DNA of 64,000 bases from an uncultured Planctomycetaceae bacterium. GTDB lineage: Bacteria; Planctomycetota; Planctomycetia; Isosphaerales; Isosphaeraceae. Shown here piece after piece: positions 39,674 to 49,025 of this stretch (positions within the stretch are counted from its first letter, which is position 1; the number at the start of each line of letters is the position of its first letter). The notes under the pieces were generated by a model that saw nothing but the letters and a program-made list of their open reading frames with translations, was not told the origin of the DNA and did not search any database. Where the stretch lies: positions 32,001 through 96,000 of the forward strand of contig CAWIAD010000002.1 of assembly GCA_963833985.1 (NCBI GenBank). The letters are read 5' to 3'. Made by a program: the position numbers and the translations under genes.

Positions 39674-40642
39674 CTAGAAGGCGTCGCCGGCGTTCAGCGA
39701 TTTCAGGGCCTCGGAGGCTTTCTGCTGAAGGACGTCGACCCCCTGACCCTGCCGAGCCCGGGTCCTGGCGACCTTGCCGCCGATGCCTTGCTTCATGGCG
39801 GCCACGCCCGAGCTGGCCTGGGCAGCGATCGATCCCTGGGCCTTGCCATCACCCCTGACCCAGGGCTCCGCGATGAACGCCAGCAGCACTCCGAGAATGG
39901 TCACGATCGGCCCGGCGATACGCATGACCGGCCGCCTCACCCTGTGCCAGTTGCGCGCCAGGTAGACGAAGGTCAGGGGCGGTATCAGGAAGAGCACGCC
40001 CTGGACCGGGCTGTCCCGGAACGGGATGACCACCAGGTTGGCCAGACCCGCGATGATCCGCCCGAGGTTCAGCAGGACCACCGCCGTCGCTCCCAGGACC
40101 ATGAGCGAGTGGTTGCTCACCGCCAGTCCCAGGATCAGGCAGATGAGGAACGGGACGGACACCAGGTAGGCGCTCTCGTTGACCCACCGGAAGACATGCT
40201 GAACCTGGCCCATGCCATGCCGGTAGCCGCGGGTGACGGCCCCGGCCGGTTTCCCGCCGGCGTACTTGAGCGCCGGCAGTGAGAGCGCAGAGGCCAGCTT
40301 GTACGGTCCCGGGACGGACGGCTCATCCAGGGGCGAAGGTTTCCTGCAGATGCCGCGGAGGTTCTCCTGGCTCAGGGGCGCCAGGCCCACGTGGCTGTTG
40401 ACTGCCTCCAGCCAGTTCAGCGGCCGGGAGCCCGACGCCGCGGGCTGGGTGCCCCGGGCGGCCTGGGCCGCAAGCGGGGAGAGACGAGGCCCGGCGGCGG
40501 CGGCAACCGGAGCGGGCGCAGCCGCTGACCTGGAAGGCACGGTCATGCGCGCTCCGCACCGCTTGCAACGGCCGACCCGGCCGGCCAGCCCCTCGTCCAC
40601 ATCGAACGGGGCGGCACACGCTGGACACTCGAAATGGATCAT
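39674..40642 (-). CDS. Zinc-ribbon membrane protein, hypothetical
   Basis: CPAC...CKRC N-terminus, low-complexity linker, TM segments. Confidence 0.75.
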   Translation of the reverse strand: MIHFECPACAAPFDVDEGLAGRVGRCKRCGARMTVPSRSAAAPAPVAAAAGPRLSPLAAQAARGTQPAASGSRPLNWLEAVNSHVGLAPLSQENLRGICRKPSPLDEPSVPGPYKLASALSLPALKYAGGKPAGAVTRGYRHGMGQVQHVFRWVNESAYLVSVPFLICLILGLAVSNHSLMVLGATAVVLLNLGRIIAGLANLVVIPFRDSPVQGVLFLIPPLTFVYLARNWHRVRRPVMRIAGPIVTILGVLLAFIAEPWVRGDGKAQGSIAAQASSGVAAMKQGIGGKVARTRARQGQGVDVLQQKASEALKSLNAGDAF

Positions 40643-40794
40643 CCCGCGCTTCCCGTGGCGGCGGGCCGACGGCCCGGCGCTGGCCGGGTGGGTCCGTGCG
40701 ACGCCCGCCCACCGCGTTGTGTCTTGACCTTTGTGGGTTGCGTTCCGCCCCGCCCCGCGCCGCTACCCCACCCCGCAAGCGACGCGCCGGGCGC

Positions 40795-41103
40795 TCAGAA
40801 GTAAACCAATCCCAGCCCGGCAATGATCAGCGTCCAGAACATCCAGCCCTCGTCAAATCGCTCCAGAAGCTTGAAATACAGAACGGCCAGCCCCGCGGTC
40901 TTGAGCCAGAAAACTTGCCAGGCGTGATAGTTGGGCACTTCCTGAGGCGCCACGAACCAGACCCAGCTCAGCATGACCACGCCGGCCGTGTAGAGCAACC
41001 CCAGGAACAGCCAGTGCTTCTGGAGCGGCTCGTACTTCACGAACGCGTGCACCAGGCCGTAAAGGAAGGCGGCCTTGATTCCAACGTAGTAGACGGCCAG
41101 CAT
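40795..41103 (-). CDS. Small hypothetical membrane protein
   Basis: 102 aa with about 4 hydrophobic segments. Confidence 0.7.
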   Translation of the reverse strand: MLAVYYVGIKAAFLYGLVHAFVKYEPLQKHWLFLGLLYTAGVVMLSWVWFVAPQEVPNYHAWQVFWLKTAGLAVLYFKLLERFDEGWMFWTLIIAGLGLVYF

Positions 41104-41370
41104 CCAGAGTCGTCCTCGAATCTTCGGACTTCGAAGTCAGGATTGTGGGCACCCTGGTCAAGCCTCGACCAGTGACCATCCCCACCTGGGTCGCCACGAC
41201 GTGCAGGCTCCGCAGCAGATTGCACCGTTGTGAACGTTAATTTACACGAGTCCGCGGTCCGAGTCCAGAAGGCGGTCCCTGGCACACAGAGCGGGCGATG
41301 GCTCGAGAGCAAGACCCCGCGGAGGCACCGTGAGGAGCCCCCGCGAAGCGAGGCCGGTTCAGGATTCACC

Positions 41371-43221
41371 TCAACGTACAAACTTCAGTCCCGGGTCATC
41401 GGCCGGCGCGCCGAGGACGCGGAAGGTCATGTGGTTATCGTCCTGCCAGGTCACCTGGCCTGCCAGAGCGCCGAGCTGGGCGTCCTGACCGGCGAGCGTG
41501 AGCAGGCCGTTGGCATAGGTGGATTTGCCGGTGATGTTCTTGGCTGACTGACCCGGGCTGGTGACGGCCCAGGTGAAACCGCCGTCGTCGCCGATCGCGA
41601 GCGCGACCTGCGCATCTTTGGCTGGGGTCGCTGCCCAGCGTCCGGCGAGCTTGCCTTGCGGGGCCGGCTCCGTGGCAACGGCAGCAGCACTGGCCGTGGC
41701 GGCCGCGGAAGGCGCTGCTCCCGCCGGCGACGCGGGGGGCTCGAGCTGCGCGGCGAGCTGCGCCGAGAGCTTGTCGGCCGGCTGCAAGCTGGCAGCGCTG
41801 CTGAACTGCTTGGCCGCGGCGTCATTGTGCCCCTGCGTCAGGTAGTGATAGCCAAGGACAAAGCGCGCCGGGGCCGAGGTCGTGTTCGTGTTCACGAACG
41901 TCTCCAGCGCCCTGACCTGCTGGGTGTACGTGTCGGCGTCGGCGTACATGCCGATCAGGGTGGTCCAGTTCCAGCCTGGACCAATGGTCAAGACCGCGTA
42001 GAGGGGCGCCGCGGCCTGATCGTACTGGCCCTGCGCGAACTGCGCCAGCGCCACGAACTGGTGCAGGTTGGGATCGTTGGGCATCTGGCTGAGTGCCTGC
42101 TGGCCAAGCTGGCTGGCCTGGGCGTAGTTGCCCTGCTTGAAGGCCTCGACTGCCTGGTCGAACCCCGCGGTGGCCTGTGTGGCCACGGGCGAATCGGGCG
42201 GGGCAGCCGTCGTGCTGATCGGCTGGGAGTAGTCGTAGGATGACGCTCCGCCCTGGCCGGCAGCCTGATTGACTCCCGTGCCGACCGAACCCGGAGCGTA
42301 CGCGTTGTTGTAGTTCGAGTAGCCCCAGCCGTACATCGGGGAGCCCATGCCCCAGGCTCCGACGCCGGCTCCGTAGCCGTAACCACCGTAGCCGGGGTAG
42401 CGATACGCGCCCATGGCTCCCGCATACCCATAGGCGCCGTAGTTCGCGTAGCCCATGCCGGGGTGGTACTGGTTGTAATTCGCGTAACCAGCCCCCGCGG
42501 CCGCTCCCGCGGCACCGGGATGGTCCAGTCCCTGGTTGCGATTGGCGTAGCCGGCACCTGCGGCCGCTCCCGCGGCGCCGGGATGATTCAGGCTCTGGTC
42601 GTTGCGATTGGCATAGCCGGCACCAGCGGCCGCGGCACCGGCGTTCGATGGGCTCTGGTTGCGATTGGCATAACCGGCCCCCGCGGCCGCGGCACCGGCG
42701 TTCGATGGGCTCTGGTTGCGATTGGAGTAGCCGGCCCCCGCGGCCGCGGCCCCGGCGTTCGATGGGCTCTGGTTGCGATTGGAGTAGCCGGCCCCCGCGG
42801 CCGCGGCACCAGCGTTGGAGTTGCTGGCATAAGGGTTGCGGCCCGCGGCCCCAGCCCCTGCGCTGGAGTTGCTGGCATAAGGGTTGCGGCCCGCGGCGCT
42901 GCTGCCCTGGGGATGTGCTCCATACGCACCGCTTCCCTGGGATTGTGATCCGTACCTGGAAGAGCTCGGCTGGCTCATCGACGGCGAGTGACCCGTCTGC
43001 CCACCGCCGTAGCTGCCACGCGACGCTCCACCACCACCATAGCTACCACCACCACCACCACCGCGCGATCCGCCACCACCGTAACCGCCACCACCGCGCG
43101 ACCCGCCGCCGTAGCCGCCGCCACCGCGATATCCGCCGCCCCGGCCCGCCATCACGGCGGGCGGGATGGCGAGGGCCGTCAGGGCCGCGGCGAGCGCCAG
43201 TTTTTTCAAAGTGTCTCTCAT
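41371..43221 (-). CDS. Secreted Gly/Tyr/Asn-rich low-complexity TPR protein (copy A)
   Basis: Signal peptide, RGG-rich and tandem-repeat region, YDYSQPI, TPR (AFKQGNY..GPGWNWTTLIGMY..ARFVLGYHYLTQGH), C-terminal beta domain ending DPGLKFVR. Confidence 0.85.
   Translation of the reverse strand: MRDTLKKLALAAALTALAIPPAVMAGRGGGYRGGGGYGGGSRGGGGYGGGGSRGGGGGGSYGGGGASRGSYGGGQTGHSPSMSQPSSSRYGSQSQGSGAYGAHPQGSSAAGRNPYASNSSAGAGAAGRNPYASNSNAGAAAAGAGYSNRNQSPSNAGAAAAGAGYSNRNQSPSNAGAAAAGAGYANRNQSPSNAGAAAAGAGYANRNDQSLNHPGAAGAAAGAGYANRNQGLDHPGAAGAAAGAGYANYNQYHPGMGYANYGAYGYAGAMGAYRYPGYGGYGYGAGVGAWGMGSPMYGWGYSNYNNAYAPGSVGTGVNQAAGQGGASSYDYSQPISTTAAPPDSPVATQATAGFDQAVEAFKQGNYAQASQLGQQALSQMPNDPNLHQFVALAQFAQGQYDQAAAPLYAVLTIGPGWNWTTLIGMYADADTYTQQVRALETFVNTNTTSAPARFVLGYHYLTQGHNDAAAKQFSSAASLQPADKLSAQLAAQLEPPASPAGAAPSAAATASAAAVATEPAPQGKLAGRWAATPAKDAQVALAIGDDGGFTWAVTSPGQSAKNITGKSTYANGLLTLAGQDAQLGALAGQVTWQDDNHMTFRVLGAPADDPGLKFVR
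42480..42900 (-). repeat. Intragenic ~60-bp tandem repeats (NRNQSPSNAGAAAAGAGY)
   Basis: Three near-identical 20-aa units plus diverged flanking units. Confidence 0.85.
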
Positions 43222-43273
43222 GGATGTGCCTCTCTTGAAGCGCAATGAACTTCGAATAAGAAACGATGTATGA

Positions 43274-44197
43274 TTATTTGCCGATATCTGGAGGCTTGCG
43301 CACCAGGACGAATTCATCGACCCCGGGCACCGCCGCGCCGCCGAGCGTACGGTTGACCGACTGCCAGCTCACCCGATCCTTGCCCAGCCGCGTGACGATG
43401 TTCGTGGCCGTGGCCGGCTCGCCGTTGGGGCCCACGCCTTCGGCCTTCGCCAGCCACTGGTTGCCGTCACGCGTCCAGTAGGCCTCCACGTAACCGCCCT
43501 CGGAATCGAAGACCCACGACTTGAACTGGCGCTTGACCGGGTCCCAGCCGATCCTCTGCGAGCCGCTCATGAGCGGCTTGCCCGCGGTCTTGATCGTGAA
43601 CTCGCGGAGCAGGAAATTGCCGTTGTCCGCCCACTTGCACGTCGTGAAGACCACCGCCTCCTGGCTCTCGTTGACCCATTCCCCGACCAGCCATTCCAGC
43701 TCCTTGAGGCGGTCGTGAACGCTCAGGCTGGCGACTGGTTCATCACGCACCGCGGCTTGGAGCCAGCGGCCGTTCTCCCTGACGTAAACCGCGATGAAGC
43801 GCGAGATGTCGGGAGCGTCGGCACCCTTGGCCGGAGTGATCGTCGCCGTGCCTTCCTCGAGCGCGGTGTCCTGGCCGAGGAAGCGCATGGAGTCGATCTG
43901 AAGCACGATCGTGCTTCCCGGGGCGTCCTTGAAAGAGCCGGCAAACTGGTCGCGGATGGCAGCACGGCCCAGTGTCCGCTCGCCTTCCTCATTGATGACC
44001 ACGGCCCCTGCCGTGAAAGTCGCGGCCACGGCACCGGCATCGCCGGCGTTGAAGGCTCTGGTATATTCTTCGACCAGGGCGCTGATGGCGCGCGTGTCAT
44101 CGGGACGGGCCTGATCGCGCGCGCTGCTGTCCTGGGCGCGTACGCCAGGGCAGATTCCCAGCACTGCCAGTCCGATCACCAGGCGGATCGGGTTCAT
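43274..44197 (-). CDS. Secreted NTF2-like SgcJ/EcaC (DUF4440, TIGR02246-like) protein (copy A)
   Basis: Signal peptide, AFNAGDA..F...GRAAI, LKELEWLVGEW, QRIGWDP..QFKSWVFDSEGG. Confidence 0.85.
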   Translation of the reverse strand: MNPIRLVIGLAVLGICPGVRAQDSSARDQARPDDTRAISALVEEYTRAFNAGDAGAVAATFTAGAVVINEEGERTLGRAAIRDQFAGSFKDAPGSTIVLQIDSMRFLGQDTALEEGTATITPAKGADAPDISRFIAVYVRENGRWLQAAVRDEPVASLSVHDRLKELEWLVGEWVNESQEAVVFTTCKWADNGNFLLREFTIKTAGKPLMSGSQRIGWDPVKRQFKSWVFDSEGGYVEAYWTRDGNQWLAKAEGVGPNGEPATATNIVTRLGKDRVSWQSVNRTLGGAAVPGVDEFVLVRKPPDIGK

Positions 44198-44378
44198 GAA
44201 AGTACCTTTCTTTTGATGACTGTCCACCTCACCCGTCCAGGGTGCAGCCGCGACAGGCGGCAGATCCCGGTGTGGGTTCAGATATCTTTCGCATGTGTAT
44301 AAGTTCGACTGTGCGGGCCGGTCCGCATATCGGATGACCGGCCACGAAACCTGGGCGACGACGGTCTCGGTCAACCCA

Positions 44379-45491
44379 TCAAGGTTGTCCCGGAGCCGGC
44401 GGTGGAGGAGGCGCGACGCCGTGCTTCGGGTCGTACTGCATGCCCGAGAAATAGGTCGAGAATGGCTTCGGGTCCTGGGTACCTCGCGAGGTGGTAAACG
44501 GGTTGGCGCTGGGTGCCTTGACCTGGTCTCGAACCGCGACCAAGAGCGGGTAGAGCTGATCGTAGGTTTGCTCTTGAACGGGCGTTTTCGCCTTGCCGAA
44601 ACGCAGGTTAAAGGTGTGCATGAAGGCAATGAGGTGACCGAGTGTTGTCGAATCGACCTTGTTCAGCTCGGTCAGGAACTGATCCACCGACGGCGTCTCG
44701 AGCATCCGCGAGAGACCGTACAGGGCCTTCAGGTAATTGTCGGCCTCGAGCCGTTTCGGTGTTCCCTGCGGCAGCATGCCGTCCACTTTGTCCTTGAGAG
44801 CGTTGATGGCCACGCGGCAGTTCGCGAGCGTTTCGGGCGAGGCCTCGCCCTTGCTTTCGATCTCGGAGCGTACCTTGCCCGCGAGCTGCTTGATGGCGGC
44901 GCGGTCCGGAGCGAACTCCGCGGTGGTCATGAGGTAGTCGGGAACCCCTCGCGCACTGAAGTCGGCCAGGCTGATCGCGATCATGTTGGCGGCGTACTGA
45001 AACTGGATGTTCTTGACGAGCTGGCTGTCGATGGGCCGGGTCGACCCCGCAATCACCTGGGTGTAGACGTCGGGGTTGGTCAGCTCGTCGAGCACCACGT
45101 TGAGCGCGTCGCCGCTGTGGATATCAAGGCTCGAGGGGTTGTCGTGCAGCCGCTTGTAGATCACCTCGCCGGTCGAGCTCTCCGCCTTTTGCCGGTTCGC
45201 CGACCTCGTGTAAAAAGTTTTGGCGTTATTCTTGTTCACCTCGTACATGTACTCGTTGACCTGCATGGCCGTGTTGGCGTTGATCGAGCGGGCCACGGCA
45301 GTCTGCTGGTTATAGGCCCCCGCGCCGGCCGCGTAGACGCCGGCCCCGCGCATCATGCTGCCCTGCGCGGTGCCCACTCCGCCGCCCCAGCCGCCCCAGC
45401 CGCCGTAGCGGCCATACTGTGCCTGGGCGGGAACGGCCCAGAGGCCGAGAATCGCTCCCAGAACCCAAGCCGGACCCATGAAACGACGCAT
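44379..45491 (-). CDS. Secreted hypothetical protein
   Basis: Signal peptide ending AQA, YGRYGGWGGWGGG, SGDALNVVL, helical body, Pro-rich tail. Confidence 0.8.
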   Translation of the reverse strand: MRRFMGPAWVLGAILGLWAVPAQAQYGRYGGWGGWGGGVGTAQGSMMRGAGVYAAGAGAYNQQTAVARSINANTAMQVNEYMYEVNKNNAKTFYTRSANRQKAESSTGEVIYKRLHDNPSSLDIHSGDALNVVLDELTNPDVYTQVIAGSTRPIDSQLVKNIQFQYAANMIAISLADFSARGVPDYLMTTAEFAPDRAAIKQLAGKVRSEIESKGEASPETLANCRVAINALKDKVDGMLPQGTPKRLEADNYLKALYGLSRMLETPSVDQFLTELNKVDSTTLGHLIAFMHTFNLRFGKAKTPVQEQTYDQLYPLLVAVRDQVKAPSANPFTTSRGTQDPKPFSTYFSGMQYDPKHGVAPPPPPAPGQP

Positions 45492-45766
45492 GCTGGATGC
45501 CTCCGCGAGAATGGATGATCGGAGAGTAATCGGGTCGATCGAAAGCACCGATCGCGCCATGTGGATCGCCTGCGAGACGGGCGCTTCTTTGCACCCTCAC
45601 GGGACCGATTCATCCGTCAGCTCGGCGGACAGCGGACGAGTAACGTGTCTGACAGCTCGGTCCCGACCGGATAGGTCCATGGAAGCATAACGATCCGCTG
45701 ACGCCGTGACCAGGGTGCAGGGAGAATTCAAGGCCAACGGCCGGGTGCTCTCAAGTTGCGCTCGGC

Positions 45767-47524
45767 TCACTGTCCCGCTCGGCTCTGGCTTGCCTTGAGC
45801 ACCTGTTCCCTCACGGCCTCCAGGTTGAATGAGGCGCCCTTCTGCATCGGTGGGAACTCGATTGCCGTCTGAGCGAGCTTTCCCACCTCCTGCTGGACGT
45901 AGACAAAGCGCCAGAACTCGTACTTGAACCAGTCGAAATTCTGGACCGATCCGGCCAGCCCGGTACGCTCGAACGGATCAAGGCGCAGGTTCACCAGGAT
46001 CGGGATATCGACCCTGACCGTACCCCCGAACCAGCCACTCGGCTGATCGATGAAGCGGTACTTGAAATCATCAATGCGCACCGCTCCGAGCGTGCCTTCG
46101 GCGAAGTAGAACACCTCATGACGCTTTGATGGACCTTTGCCGGTGAGCAGATCAAGCTGGTTGTGGCCGTCGAGGTGGACCTTGTAATTCCGATCGCCGA
46201 GCTGTTTGCCTTGCTTCAGTTCCTCGACAATGCTCGGGTTGCTGGCCGCGGCCACGAAGGTCGGGAACCAGTCGAGCCCGGAGAATAATCCATTCTCGAC
46301 CTTGCCGGCAGGCACCTTTCCCGGCCAGCGAACGATGCAAGGCACGCGGAACCCTCCCTCCATGACGGTTCCCTTGCCGCCGGCAAACGGAGTCTGGCCG
46401 CCATCGGGCCAGGTGAAGTTCTCGGTGCCGTTGTCGGTGGTGAAGACAACCATGGTGTCCGTCTCGAGACCGTCGTTCTTCAGCTTTTGAATGATGGTGC
46501 CGACGATGTCGTCGAGCTGGGCCATGCCGGCTTCGTGGATGCTCCAGCCATTCTCCGGCGTGCGCAGCTTCGCGTACTTCTCTGACAGATGGGTGACGAT
46601 ATGCATCCGCGTGGGGTTGAGCCAGAGAAAGAACGGCTTGCCCTCACCCTTGGCCTTATCAACAAACTTCAGTGCGTTCTCGAGGATCTCGTCGTCCACG
46701 GTCTTCATGCGATCGGGGTAGAGCGTGCCGGCGTCCTCGATTCGCTGCCTGCCAACTTTTCCCCAGCGCGGTTGCACCGTCGGATCGTCCTGATCTGTCG
46801 CCCAGGTGTGCAGCATGTTTCTTGGCCCGATCTTGTCCTTTAGCTCCGGCGGATAGTTCGGATGGGCTGGGTCCTCCATCGCATCCAGGTGATAGAGGTA
46901 GCCGTAGAACTCGTCGAAGCCGTGCACGGTGGGCAAGAACTCGTTGCGGTCGCCGAGATGGTTCTTTCCGAACTGGCCGGTGGCGTAGCCCTGAGTCTTG
47001 AGGACGGTGGCGATCGTCGGCGCCTGTGCCGGCATACCGACCGCCGCTCCCGCCTGTCCGACGGTCGTCAAACCGGTGCGAATCGGGAGCTGGCCGGTGA
47101 TGAAGTTGGCCCGGCCGGCTGTGCAGCTTGCCTCGGCATAGTAGTCAGTGAAGAGCATGCCAGCAGCGGCCAAGGAATCGAGATTCGGTGTCCTTCCGGC
47201 CATGATCCCGTGATGGTAGGCACCGATGTTGAACCAACCCACATCATCGGCCATGATCACGACGATGTTCGGTTTCTTGCCCGACGAGACCTCCAGTGCA
47301 CGGCCAGCCCTGGAGACCGCGGTCGGGCCTGCCACGGCTAGCAACCTTGTCTTGTTCAAGCCGTCGGAACAACTGGCTTGCGTGGTCTCCCGCACGGCGA
47401 CGTACGCCGGCGGGCTCTCCGCGCCGGCTGATCCCTGAGAGGTCTGTTGACCCGTCGCCGCGAGGTAGCCTATCGCGGCGCCTGCTGCGATGCACACGAG
47501 CGCAGATAACCGGTTTCGGTTCAT
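45767..47524 (-). CDS. Arylsulfatase (Cys-type, CxAxR motif)
   Basis: KPNIVVIMADDVG, SCTAGRANFITG, GKNHLG, TTDNG; N-terminal signal/TM. Confidence 0.93.
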   Translation of the reverse strand: MNRNRLSALVCIAAGAAIGYLAATGQQTSQGSAGAESPPAYVAVRETTQASCSDGLNKTRLLAVAGPTAVSRAGRALEVSSGKKPNIVVIMADDVGWFNIGAYHHGIMAGRTPNLDSLAAAGMLFTDYYAEASCTAGRANFITGQLPIRTGLTTVGQAGAAVGMPAQAPTIATVLKTQGYATGQFGKNHLGDRNEFLPTVHGFDEFYGYLYHLDAMEDPAHPNYPPELKDKIGPRNMLHTWATDQDDPTVQPRWGKVGRQRIEDAGTLYPDRMKTVDDEILENALKFVDKAKGEGKPFFLWLNPTRMHIVTHLSEKYAKLRTPENGWSIHEAGMAQLDDIVGTIIQKLKNDGLETDTMVVFTTDNGTENFTWPDGGQTPFAGGKGTVMEGGFRVPCIVRWPGKVPAGKVENGLFSGLDWFPTFVAAASNPSIVEELKQGKQLGDRNYKVHLDGHNQLDLLTGKGPSKRHEVFYFAEGTLGAVRIDDFKYRFIDQPSGWFGGTVRVDIPILVNLRLDPFERTGLAGSVQNFDWFKYEFWRFVYVQQEVGKLAQTAIEFPPMQKGASFNLEAVREQVLKASQSRAGQ

Positions 47525-47814
47525 GCGAGAATCCCCGGGCAAGCGTGTGAGATCATGCGGCGAAATGCTGTGGAGAGAGCAACTCGAGTGACCCGGGCTG
47601 CTGGTTGAAGCGTTTGGAGTACCAGAATTCTGGTTGCAATGTCCGGTCTCGGTGTCTGAGGGAACCACGGGAAGATTAACCGAAGTTAACCAATCCGTAA
47701 AGAGGCAAGCGTTGACAGCGTGGCGTCTCCATTTCAAACTCGTGGTCATCATCAGGATTCTCACTTTCGAAAACCGCTCCGACAAACCGGCTCCCAGCGA
47801 CGAGGCTGACTTCC

Positions 47815-48978
47815 ATGGTGGACCTGGATGCATTCGATCTTGTCGGCCGCGGCCCTGCGCACCGGCTGTCTCAGCAATTTGGCCTCAATCTTCCCGATCG
47901 ACCGCGGCGCGTTCGCAAGGTCGTGCTGCTGATTCTCGTGACCTGGCTGCCGCTCGTGCTCCTGTCGCTCGCGTCCGGCCACGCGCTCGGCGATCGGGTT
48001 GCGGTGACCCTGCTGCGCGATCCGGTAGTCCTCAGCCGGTTCTTGTTCGTGGTTCCGCTGCTGGCCGTTTCCGAGGTCGTCGTGGCGCGCAGCCTGGGCA
48101 TGCAGGCGCGGCAGTTCCTCGTCTCGGGCGTCGTTCCCGCAAGCCAGTCGCCGCGGCTCGCGTCAGCCAAGACCGAGGCGATCCGGCTCCGCGAATCGGC
48201 CCTTGTGGAAGGCTTGATCCTGGTTGCGGCTCTGCTCACCGCCATCATCGTGCGGGTGGTCATCCATCCCGGCTCGGCCGAGACGACCTGGGAACGATCG
48301 GGAGCGGGGATCACCCTTGCGGGCTGGTGGTACACTCTGGTCAGTTTACCAATACTCTTCTTCTTCCTCATTCGCTGGATCTGGATCTACCTGCTCTGGT
48401 CTCGGTTTCTCTTCCGGATCTCGCGACTGGACCTGGAGTTGACCTCGACTCACCCCGACCGCGCTGGCGGCCTGGGTTTCCTGGGCTGGGGCCTTGTGAG
48501 CTTCTCCCTCGTACTGATGGCCATCTCGGCGGTGCTGTCTGGCGGCCTGGCGTACGAGATCGTGCACCGCGGCTCGTCGTTGAGCATCCTGAAGTACCAC
48601 ATCGTCGTCTTCGTGGTCCTGGCGATCGTCGTGCTGCACGCCCCGTTGCTCATGTTCGCCGATCGCCTGGCCGGGTGCAGGGTGCGCGGGCTGCTCGATT
48701 TTGGAGCCTTGATCGGAGGCCACGACCGGGCCTTTGACGAGAAATGGCTCAGGTCCACCTGCGAGGACCGGTCCACACTGCTGGGCAGCCCGGATGTGGG
48801 GTCGCTGGCCGACATCGCGGCGATCTACGACCACGTGGACCGGATGCAGCTCTTGCCCTGGGACAAGAAAACGGTCGGCATCCTGGTCGTGGCCGCGCTG
48901 CTGCCGATGATTCCCTTGCTGGGCACCGTCGTGGGCCTCACGGAGATCCTCTCCATGCTGGGCAAGTTCCTGCTCTGA
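47815..48978 (+). CDS. Hypothetical polytopic membrane protein between two sulfatases
   Basis: About 7 TMs, HPDRAGGLGFL, FDEKWL, LLGSPDVGSLAD. Confidence 0.8.
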   Translation: MVDLDAFDLVGRGPAHRLSQQFGLNLPDRPRRVRKVVLLILVTWLPLVLLSLASGHALGDRVAVTLLRDPVVLSRFLFVVPLLAVSEVVVARSLGMQARQFLVSGVVPASQSPRLASAKTEAIRLRESALVEGLILVAALLTAIIVRVVIHPGSAETTWERSGAGITLAGWWYTLVSLPILFFFLIRWIWIYLLWSRFLFRISRLDLELTSTHPDRAGGLGFLGWGLVSFSLVLMAISAVLSGGLAYEIVHRGSSLSILKYHIVVFVVLAIVVLHAPLLMFADRLAGCRVRGLLDFGALIGGHDRAFDEKWLRSTCEDRSTLLGSPDVGSLADIAAIYDHVDRMQLLPWDKKTVGILVVAALLPMIPLLGTVVGLTEILSMLGKFLL

Positions 48979-49025
48979 GCGATCCCCCGGGCAACGGCGC
49001 GTCATCCCCGGCGCCACCTGGGGCG

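Noticed and set aside
47712..47740. TTGACA-17-CAAACT promoter for the membrane protein gene
   Set aside because: The -10 match is weak; not supportable without TSS data.
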